Below are positions 47,048-54,051 of a DNA stretch of 61,188 bases, in pieces. The notes beneath the pieces are model-generated. The model did no database searches and was not told the DNA's origin. It saw only the letters and a program-made list of their open reading frames with translations. The position numbers and the translations under genes were made by a program. This stretch comes from Candidatus Hydrothermarchaeota archaeon (GTDB lineage Archaea > Hydrothermarchaeota > Hydrothermarchaeia > Hydrothermarchaeales > BMS3B), in assembly GCA_015521615.1 (NCBI GenBank), contig WANW01000096.1, positions 1 to 61,188 on the forward strand. Direction: 5' to 3'. Every line of letters begins with the position of its first letter. Within the stretch, counting starts at the first letter, position 1.

Positions 47048-47111
47048 TTTCCAGACTTTGCCCAGAACAATAAAAGAACAATAAAAAAAGAGAGAAGGCG
47101 GGTAGACGGGG

Positions 47112-47139
47112 CTATGGCAAATTAACCTTTTTGCCATAG
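47112..47139. repeat. perfect 10-bp inverted repeat (CTATGGCAAA-N8-TTTGCCATAG) between convergent genes
   Basis: Seen directly in the sequence. It lies downstream of both the UbiA gene (+) and the small Zn-ribbon ORF (-). It could be a bidirectional terminator hairpin or a protein-binding palindrome. Confidence 0.6.
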
Positions 47140-47168
47140 GATAAATTCTTTTATGCGAACATGTTCGC

Positions 47169-47303
47169 CTAGCCCTCCCCGACATCAGAAAAGAACTTCT
47201 CTTCGCAATCTTTGGAGCAGAAGTCCCTGTGCGAAGGAATCGCTGTGCCGCAGTTGAGGCACCGGAACTGGTAGAAAACCCCAAAGGAGTTCGCCCTTCT
47301 CAT
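47169..47303 (-). CDS. unannotated small zinc-ribbon protein (44 aa)
   Basis: Hand translation gives MRRANSFGVFYQFRCLNCGTAIPSHRDFCSKDCEEKFFSDVGEG*, with a CxxC-N10-CxxxC pattern. A GGTGAG SD lies 2 nt (nt C and ATG follow) upstream of the ATG. It is in a different frame from the low-complexity track ORF 47185..47370. Confidence 0.6.
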   Translation of the reverse strand: MRRANSFGVFYQFRCLNCGTAIPSHRDFCSKDCEEKFFSDVGEG

Positions 47304-47418
47304 GCTCACCACTTCCGCCACTCCGGAAGTGAAAACTTCCGGGTAACTCCGCCATTATATTGCAATTCATCCATATTAACTTTATCCCATTACGAGATGC
47401 ACAGTCCCGGAAGATGGA

Positions 47419-47835
47419 CTAACTCTGCTTTATCAGTTTCTCTGCCTCTCTGACAAGTTTCTCCAGCACTTTTGTAGAGATGCCCGACTTTTCAGAAACT
47501 TCTTTGAGATTCGCTTTGAGCAGGTCATTGGCGGTTTTGATACCAGCTTTCGCAAGCTGCTGGGCTTTTTTCGGCCCTACTCCTTTTATCTCCTCCAGCT
47601 TAACGACCTTCTCCACCTTCTTTTCCTTCTTCTCTGGAGCTGGCTTCTGCGTGGCGATCCTCTTCAGCTCTTCAACATTCTCCTTATGGAGACTCTTTCT
47701 GCGCCTGTCTATGGCAATACCCAGCTTTTTTGCCTGGATGAGACTGATCCCTGCTCCCTGAAGCTCTCTTAGGCTGAACCCTCTCCCTTTTCTCTTTCCA
47801 TCAGCTTTTTTAACAACGGGACGATGCATCATCAT
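47419..47835 (-). CDS. ribosomal protein L13e-like domain fused to a C-terminal helix-hairpin-helix module
   Basis: GRGFSLRELQGAGISLIQAKKLGIAIDRRRKSLHKENVEELKRI parallels eukaryotic L13e (GRGFSLEEL...GISVDPRRRNKS...NVQRLKEY). The C-terminus IKGVGPKKAQQLAKAGIKTANDLL is HhH-like. Confidence 0.65.
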   Translation of the reverse strand: MMMHRPVVKKADGKRKGRGFSLRELQGAGISLIQAKKLGIAIDRRRKSLHKENVEELKRIATQKPAPEKKEKKVEKVVKLEEIKGVGPKKAQQLAKAGIKTANDLLKANLKEVSEKSGISTKVLEKLVREAEKLIKQS

Positions 47836-47890
47836 AACCTCCTTGAGAAATTATAATGTGTTATGCCTCTTGCCCCGTGGGCAAGAATAA

Positions 47891-48277
47891 TTAGAGCCTC
47901 TCCTCCGCCCACCAGGGCGTGGCAGGATTCTCATCTATGTACAGAGCCACCCACTCTCTTCTGCTGCCAAGGTCGCGGAGATAGTAGAGCCTTATGAAGC
48001 ATGCGCTCATCTCTGCATAGTCATAAAATTCGAGGAGCCTCCCCCTCAGTATTTTGAATTGCTCCCTGCGGGAATCGAAGATTGCGCCAGAGGAAATTCT
48101 GCAGGATATAAGCTCACCCTCATCGCGTGCCTCCAGGCGGGATAGGATGAGCCTCTCGACCTCATCATATCTCCCCTTCTCAAAAAAGGCGCTCGCTGCA
48201 AGGTAGCCGGAGTACTCCTTCACGCTCTTTCTCTCCGCTATCTCCTCCACTGCATCGAGAAGCTCCCGGGTGAGCAT
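47891..48277 (-). CDS. hypothetical protein
   Basis: The start MLTRELLDAVEEIAERK (48277) is preferred. The longer track ORF would overlap the start of the divergent gene at 48358 (extending to 48481) and adds a Pro/Arg/Ser-rich low-complexity N-terminus. I recognise no family. Confidence 0.45.
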   Translation of the reverse strand: MLTRELLDAVEEIAERKSVKEYSGYLAASAFFEKGRYDEVERLILSRLEARDEGELISCRISSGAIFDSRREQFKILRGRLLEFYDYAEMSACFIRLYYLRDLGSRREWVALYIDENPATPWWAEERL

Positions 48278-48357
48278 ACAGTATTCCTTTACGCCGCGAG
48301 CTTTTAATGTATTTATGTTCATATATGTGTAACACATAAAAACATAGAGGTGAGAAA

Positions 48358-48744
48358 ATGGAAGAGTTTCACTATACCAAAGAAGCGAAAGGCGACTTCG
48401 AGGTGGTTGTGGAGAAGGTGCAGACCCTCGCGAAGGAGGAGGGTTTTGGCGTGCTCGCAGTGCACGACCTGCAGAAGTCACTCGCCAGAAAGGGTATTGA
48501 CTTCACGCCCTTCAAGATGGTGGAGATCTGCAATCCAGCACTGGCAGCTGAGGCGCTGAAAAGGGACATAAACCTGGGGCTCTTCATGCCGTGCAAGGTG
48601 AACGTCTATGAAAAAGACGGCAGGGTGGTGGTGAGCGGTATCTTGGCAGGCGTGCTCGCAAACTTCACCGACGCCGACCTGGGAGAGCTCCCCGAAAGGG
48701 TGACTGAGGCAATAAAGAGGATAGTGGATGGCGCCTCAGCCTAG
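48358..48744 (+). CDS. DUF302 domain protein
   Basis: A strong SD GAGGTGAgaaaATG precedes the start. The sequence contains GFGVLAVHDLQKSLARKGIDFTPFKMVEICNPALA, typical of DUF302. Confidence 0.7.
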   Translation: MEEFHYTKEAKGDFEVVVEKVQTLAKEEGFGVLAVHDLQKSLARKGIDFTPFKMVEICNPALAAEALKRDINLGLFMPCKVNVYEKDGRVVVSGILAGVLANFTDADLGELPERVTEAIKRIVDGASA

Positions 48745-49536
48745 CCTTGTGCCAGACTTGAGCTCTGCGGCAAAGCTTCGCAACTCATCGCAGGCTTCGC
48801 TGCCCTTCTCCTCCACAATCTTGACAAAGGCGCTCCCAACAACCGCACCGGAGGCACCCGCCTCAATAACCGCGCGCACATGCTCCGGCTTTGAGATTCC
48901 AAAGCCCACCGCAAGGGGCAGGTCCGTCACATACTGAAGCGCCCACTTCGTCTTTTCTATGGTTAACTCACTCAGCTTTTCCCTCGCACCTGTGGTGCCC
49001 AGAAGCGAGACCAGGTAGACGAAGCCCGAGGCGTTCCTCAGAATCTTTTTCATCCTCTCCTCGGTGGTGGTGGGCGCTATTAAGAATATCATATCCACGC
49101 CATGCTTTCTGCAGATTTTTACGAGATGAGAGGCTTCTTCTACAGGAAGATCGCTCACCAGCAAACCATCCACACCCACCTCGCGGCACCTGGCGACGAA
49201 GCGCTCCTCACCGTACTGGAGAACTATGTTGTAGTAGGTCATGAACACCAGCGGTATTTCTACACCCCTCCTCCGGAGTTCTAACGCAATTTCAAAGCAG
49301 TGGTCGGTGTTGGTGCCTGCGCGCAGGGCCCTGTCGATTGCACCCTGAATCGTGGGTCCGTCGGCAATGGGATCGGAAAAGGGTATCCCCAGCTCCAGGA
49401 TGTCCACCTCCTCTGCGAGGCAGAGGGCGAGCTTAAGGGAGTCCTCCGGTGTGGGATCGCCGAGGGTTAAATAGCCTATCAGCGCGCCCTCGTTGCGTCG
49501 CTTCAGCTCAGCGAACTTCTCTGCAATTCTGCTCAT
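48736..49536 (-). CDS. trpA: tryptophan synthase alpha chain
   Basis: The motifs ILELGIPFSDPIADGPTIQ, GFVYLVSLLGTTG and AVGFGIS are present. Confidence 0.88.
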   Translation of the reverse strand: MSRIAEKFAELKRRNEGALIGYLTLGDPTPEDSLKLALCLAEEVDILELGIPFSDPIADGPTIQGAIDRALRAGTNTDHCFEIALELRRRGVEIPLVFMTYYNIVLQYGEERFVARCREVGVDGLLVSDLPVEEASHLVKICRKHGVDMIFLIAPTTTEERMKKILRNASGFVYLVSLLGTTGAREKLSELTIEKTKWALQYVTDLPLAVGFGISKPEHVRAVIEAGASGAVVGSAFVKIVEEKGSEACDELRSFAAELKSGTRLG

Positions 49537-49575
49537 AAGCTTAAGTGAAGCATCATCTTAAAAAGCTTTATCCCC

Positions 49576-50532
49576 TCACTCTAAAGTTACCCTCACTTCT
49601 CCCGCAGGAGGAACCTCGGGGAATACCACGTATAGCCTGCCGCTCGCGGGGTCATGCCAGGTTTCCACCGCGCCCTCTGCACCCTTCGCGGTCCTCGCAG
49701 CCACGATTGCGGTTGCACCCCTTACCGCCCTAGCGTTGTGGTTGCGCAGGATTAGAGTGCTGCCCTCTTGGGTAAGCTCGAGGTTCTCCCTCACCAGCCA
49801 CCACTCCGCAAGCTCCCCTGCGGATGGGAACCACACCCTGCGCTCCCTCATGTAGTCCAGAAAGGCTGTGAAGTTCTCAAGATTTCTGGAGGCTGTCTGA
49901 ACGTGAGTTAGCAGGGTGAAAACCTCACCGGCATCATAGGCGCGCTGGAAGGCCAGGTAGGTTGGCAGAAGGGTGAAGCTCATCTTCTCCTCGTCCCAGA
50001 AGGCGTCGAAGTTCATGCTAACAGGAATCTCAAGCACACCCCCAACGGTGTAGGGCTCAAAGCCGTAGAAGAGGGATGAGTCATAGGCATAGCCCATCTC
50101 TGCCACAAGCTCAAGCGTAGCTCTGCTCGCGTTGAGGTAGGGCGCCCTGAATCCACGAATCTTAAAGCCGTGCCGCTCAAACCATTCATGGGCTCTCAAA
50201 ATCTGCTGCATTCTCTCCTCTTCTGATGCATTAACCCATGCAGGCTGCGACCACCCCATGCTTGCCACCTCAAAGCTTCTCAGCGGTGTCAGCACCTCTG
50301 CATTGTTCTGAAAGTACCCTGCCACTACGAAAAAAGTGGCATTCATCTCCCTCTGCCTGAGCACCTCTGCTATGGCTTCAAGCTCGCCCCCGCGCAAAAC
50401 CTCGGTGTCGAAGGTAACAACAACTGCAGCTTTATAACCATTGGGGTATTTTGAGAGGTATACACCTCGCTCAGGCTGGGTGAGACAGGCAGAAAACAGC
50501 ATTAGCAGTAGCAGGAACTTCAGGGGCCTCAT
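49576..50532 (-). CDS. polysaccharide deacetylase (CE4/NodB)-like lipoprotein, atypical metal-ligand motifs
   Basis: The start MRPLKFLLLLMLFSAC (lipobox) is at 50532. The sequence has VVVTFDT, FFVVAG and RGFRAPYL. NodB motif 2 reads EVASMGWSQ and has no His. Confidence 0.6.
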   Translation of the reverse strand: MRPLKFLLLLMLFSACLTQPERGVYLSKYPNGYKAAVVVTFDTEVLRGGELEAIAEVLRQREMNATFFVVAGYFQNNAEVLTPLRSFEVASMGWSQPAWVNASEEERMQQILRAHEWFERHGFKIRGFRAPYLNASRATLELVAEMGYAYDSSLFYGFEPYTVGGVLEIPVSMNFDAFWDEEKMSFTLLPTYLAFQRAYDAGEVFTLLTHVQTASRNLENFTAFLDYMRERRVWFPSAGELAEWWLVRENLELTQEGSTLILRNHNARAVRGATAIVAARTAKGAEGAVETWHDPASGRLYVVFPEVPPAGEVRVTLE

Positions 50533-50849
50533 TTTAACCTGTTTATAAACTGCATCTCCTTCAGTAATAAGCTTTCGTAGAAGAAGGGAATAGGGAGGAG
50601 GTGGGGGGAGGGGGAACCCATGAGTCGTATAAAAGAAGCTCAACGCCTCATGGGTTCAACCTAACTTATAAAATTTACATCACCAAACATTATTATAAAA
50701 ACATATCCCGATAAAAGTCATTAATTTAGTTAATCCTCTTTGAGCATATATAAGTAAAATAACCCCTCTTTAATTACATTATTAGAAAATGACAATATCC
50801 CATGTTTTAAATTAAATTTTAATAATTTTAAAAACGACTAAAAATTAAT

Positions 50850-51878
50850 TCAATCATTTTCAACCTCGCGTATTGCGAGTACGCACCTCCTCAACACCAG
50901 CTGTGCTGCCTCCTGAGAGGGCCAGCTTCCCAGACCGCAGTCTGGACCTGCGAATAGCAGGCGCTCACCGAATTTCTCCCTGAGCTTCAGGTAGAGTGCC
51001 TTAATCTCATCCACACTGTCGGCGAGCTGCTCCGGCGATGGGTGCTTTATCCCGCGCTCAATGAAGCTGCCAAGCTTGCGGTCAATGCTGGTGCTTGCAA
51101 CCCCTCCCCTAAGAAACTTGTCGTGGTTCTCGAGGTCGCGCTTTGAGATGAAGTTTATGTTTTCAGGTGAAGAGGCAAACTCGCCAGTAAGGATGTGTAT
51201 GCCTCTCGCCTCAAGCGGATACTCAGCCGCCTTCAGGGTGTGCAGATGCACCTGCACCTTTGCATTAACCCCGCGCACGCTCTCCTCCAAGGCTCTGATT
51301 ATCCCATCGCTGTCTATGTTGAGAAGGTCCACAAAACCCAGGCTGGGCTCGTCTATGCTCACCACCTCTGTTACCACGTGCTTTGTGTTGAGCAGAGAGT
51401 TTTTCAGGAAGCTGTTGACGCTCCTTGCGATGTTCATGAGCACCTCCTCGTAGACATTGAAGCCGAAGGGAGTCTTCAGGTAGAGCTCAATCGCGCCCGT
51501 GACGCACACTCGCACGCGCAGGCGCTCGCCCTGCTCCTCGTAGTAGCGCTCTGCCTCCCTCCTCACAACGTAGAGCTCCGGGATTACGGCGTACTTCTTC
51601 TGGATTAGGTAAGGCTCCTGCTGATACCTCTCAATGGGCTCCATGAACTGGCGGTGCATGTCGTAGTGCTGGGGGTAGGTCACCACCTCTAAGCCGGTCT
51701 CGAGCTTGGCGTGGAGCGACGCTGCTACGGCGCTGCAGAAGGGCTTGAGCGCAGGTACCTCTTCCAGCCTCTTTCCCTCGGCGAAGGCTGTGAGGGCGTC
51801 TAGGTAAACCCTCTCGAACTCCTCCCTGCTTACCCCTGCGGGCAGCGGAAAGCTGCCTATGTCGTCTATTATAACCAT
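50850..51878 (-). CDS. MetE-like (cobalamin-independent methionine synthase, COG0620) family protein
   Basis: The start MVIIDDIGSFPLP is at 51878; the rest of the 443-aa track ORF overlaps the divergent gene. The motifs SIDEPSL, VHLH and GPDCGLGS are present. Confidence 0.65.
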   Translation of the reverse strand: MVIIDDIGSFPLPAGVSREEFERVYLDALTAFAEGKRLEEVPALKPFCSAVAASLHAKLETGLEVVTYPQHYDMHRQFMEPIERYQQEPYLIQKKYAVIPELYVVRREAERYYEEQGERLRVRVCVTGAIELYLKTPFGFNVYEEVLMNIARSVNSFLKNSLLNTKHVVTEVVSIDEPSLGFVDLLNIDSDGIIRALEESVRGVNAKVQVHLHTLKAAEYPLEARGIHILTGEFASSPENINFISKRDLENHDKFLRGGVASTSIDRKLGSFIERGIKHPSPEQLADSVDEIKALYLKLREKFGERLLFAGPDCGLGSWPSQEAAQLVLRRCVLAIREVEND

Positions 51879-51944
51879 ATTCCTAGCTGGGCTCCACCTC
51901 TTATAAATTTTTACTCGGGACGCTTTGGTGTAAAAGGAGATACT

Positions 51945-52136
51945 ATGTGCGAATCCAAGCTCTACCTTCTGGAAAATGGGCAGCGAACCAAGGTGATGGA
52001 CGAGGCAATACTGGTGCGTGAGAAGGAGGGGAAGGTTGTCGCAGTAGGCGTGCTCGGCGAGCGGCGTGAGTTTGAGGGTGCGCGCATTGTGGAGATAGAC
52101 ATGGACAGGCACAGCATAACTATTGCGAGGGAGTGA
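51945..52136 (+). CDS. CooT-like small protein (putative nickel-binding, Cys2)
   Basis: The sequence MCESKLYLLENGQRTKVMDEAILVREKEGKVVAVGVLGERREFEGARIVEIDMDRHSITI matches the MCEANAYL... pattern of the CooT family as recalled. An AAAGGAG SD is present. Confidence 0.6.
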   Translation: MCESKLYLLENGQRTKVMDEAILVREKEGKVVAVGVLGERREFEGARIVEIDMDRHSITIARE

Positions 52137-52137
52137 G

Positions 52138-52440
52138 ATGATAGTCGCTGAGCTCAGCGTCGTGCCCATAGGTACAGGCAAAACCAGCGTGGGAGAGTAC
52201 GTCAGGGCAGCAATAGAGGCGCTTGAGCAAGCAGATGTGCGGGCGGTGCCCAGGGCGATGGCTACCGAGATAGAGGCAAAGGATTTAGAGACGTTACTCT
52301 TTGCTGTAAAATTAGCTCATGAGGCGGTCCTCAAGAAGGGAGCGAAACGCGTAGTAACGACACTTCGCATAGATCACCGTCTTGATAAGGAGGCGAGTAT
52401 TGAAACCAAGCTGCGCAGCATCGGTTCCTATGATGAGTGA
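52138..52440 (+). CDS. MTH1187/YkoF (DUF77) family thiamine-binding-type protein
   Basis: MIVAELSVVPIGTGKTSVGEYVRAAIEAL... is typical of this family. ATG 52138 follows GAGGGAGTGAG. Confidence 0.7.
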   Translation: MIVAELSVVPIGTGKTSVGEYVRAAIEALEQADVRAVPRAMATEIEAKDLETLLFAVKLAHEAVLKKGAKRVVTTLRIDHRLDKEASIETKLRSIGSYDE

Positions 52441-52512
52441 ACCCAAGTATGACCCCGCGGGATGATATCCGTCTGGAGCACTGAGGAACCGCATTTTTAA
52501 TTGGGAGGTGTT

Positions 52513-52917
52513 ATGGTGAGAGCGGGTGATGTGATGAATAAGAGGGTGGTTACTGTTCCCCCTCATGCCAGTGTGAGGGAGGCAGCTCGCTTAATGAGGG
52601 AGCACAACATCGGCACCCTCGTGGTGGTGGATGAGGGATATCCTGTTGGGATAATCACAGAGCGCGACCTTGCCACGCGCGTTGTGGCACAGGGCCTTGG
52701 AGGAGACACCCGGGTGGAGGATGTGATGAGCACAGAGCTTATTACTGTGAGCGAGTCCACGAGCATTGAGAATGTGCTCGCGACCATGCAGAGGCACGGC
52801 TTCAGGAGACTGCCCGTGCTGAAGGAGGGCAAGCTTGTGGGCATCCTCACCCTCCGCGACATACTCGGGATAAAAAAGCTGGACAGGCGGGTGCTCAGGA
52901 AAATTATAGGTGTGTGA
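52513..52917 (+). CDS. CBS domain pair protein
   Basis: ATG 52513 follows GGGAGGTG. Two CBS motifs are present (VVTVPPHASVREAARLMREHNIGTLVVV and LITVSESTSIENVLATMQRHGFRRLPVL). Confidence 0.85.
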   Translation: MVRAGDVMNKRVVTVPPHASVREAARLMREHNIGTLVVVDEGYPVGIITERDLATRVVAQGLGGDTRVEDVMSTELITVSESTSIENVLATMQRHGFRRLPVLKEGKLVGILTLRDILGIKKLDRRVLRKIIGV

Positions 52918-53090
52918 GCCTCATCCCTGTTTTTATTTTGCAAAGAAAAGTCCTGTTTTTAACATTAGTATTTTGTAAAATAAATTTTACATTCATGAGG
53001 GCGTAAAAAAATAAGCAAAACATACTTTTTCTGAGAAAGCGAAAATATTATATCCTGCCAATCCAAAGACTATAAAAGGAGGTGAAAGGA

Positions 53091-53441
53091 ATGGGTGAGA
53101 AGACAAGCACCGGTTTAGACGAGAATATTGCAGGTTTGCTCTGTTATCTTCTGTTTGTTATAACCGGTATCATTTTCTATGTAATTGAAAAGGAGAATAA
53201 ATTTGTGCGCTTCCATGCAATGCAGAGCATTGTGGTATTTGGGACGCTGCTGATTATAAACTGGGTGGTTATACCGATAATAATGATGATTCCCTTCCTG
53301 GGCTGGATAATCGGCGGACTTCTGGGCCTTGTGGTGTTTATAGCCTCGGTTGTGCTCTGGGTGCTCCTGATGTACAAAGCTTATAAGGGAGAGAGGTACA
53401 AGGTACCCTTCGCAGGAGACATCGCCGAGAGGTATGTGTGA
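53091..53441 (+). CDS. DUF4870-like small membrane protein
   Basis: ATG 53091 follows AAGGAGGTGA. The sequence reads ENIAGLLCYLLFVITGIIFYVIEKENKFVRFHAMQSIV... and has 3 TM helices. Confidence 0.65.
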   Translation: MGEKTSTGLDENIAGLLCYLLFVITGIIFYVIEKENKFVRFHAMQSIVVFGTLLIINWVVIPIIMMIPFLGWIIGGLLGLVVFIASVVLWVLLMYKAYKGERYKVPFAGDIAERYV

Positions 53442-53450
53442 GGTGGAGTA

Positions 53451-53948
53451 ATGAGGTGGATGGTGGCTCTTGTAGCACTGGTGTTGCTGGCCGGCTGCAC
53501 CGGCGGTGGAAGCGGTGCTGGAGAGGCTGTTGGAGAGAAGGTGGCAGAGAAGGTCAAAGAGGAGGTCGCACCTGAGGAGTGGTGTATCAGGGGCTCCTAC
53601 TGGCAGTGGATGAACCCCACCACCGGAGAGAGCGCAAGGCTAATGGTTAAAGGCGTAGTGGAGCACGAGGGCAGGCAGACCTGCAAGGCGGTGCTCGAGG
53701 GAAAGACGGGTGAGGAGTATGCCCGCTGGGAGGGCTACTTTACCAAAGAGGGTGATTATACCCACATGCTATTCTACGACGACCAGGGCAGGCTGCGAGC
53801 GGAGTGGAGGATTGAAGAGGGCAAGTTCAGTTTTAAGGAGTACGATGAGCAGGGTAACGTGGTGAATGAGTTCAGCATGGGCGAGGGCGGCATGCCAATG
53901 CCGGGAATGGGAGGCATACCACAGATGCCGGCAATGCCCGGTCAGTAA
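53451..53948 (+). CDS. hypothetical lipoprotein with a Met/Pro/Gly-rich C-terminal tail
   Basis: A lipobox LVLLAGCTGG is present. A strong SD GAGGTGGAG precedes the start. The tail reads MGEGGMPMPGMGGIPQMPAMPGQ. Confidence 0.6.
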   Translation: MRWMVALVALVLLAGCTGGGSGAGEAVGEKVAEKVKEEVAPEEWCIRGSYWQWMNPTTGESARLMVKGVVEHEGRQTCKAVLEGKTGEEYARWEGYFTKEGDYTHMLFYDDQGRLRAEWRIEEGKFSFKEYDEQGNVVNEFSMGEGGMPMPGMGGIPQMPAMPGQ

Positions 53949-54051
53949 GGGCTCTTTTTTCTTTTATTCTTTTGCAAGTAGAGGGTTGGAGGCTTTGTAT
54001 AGGGCTGGTGAGTAGAATACTTTGCCCTCGCCAGCCTTGGCAATAAAGGCT

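Noticed and set aside
47185-47370. 61-aa track ORF MNCNIMAELPGSFHFRSGG...
   Set aside because: It has no SD and is low-complexity. The overlapping frame encodes a compact CxxC...CxxxC zinc ribbon with a GGTGAG SD, which I prefer (47169..47303).
50650-50850. AT-rich spacer as a replication origin
   Set aside because: I found no ORB or mini-ORB-like repeats (no CCAGTGGAAAC-type element or any repeated 12-20-mer). No orc1/cdc6 gene is nearby. AT-richness alone is insufficient.
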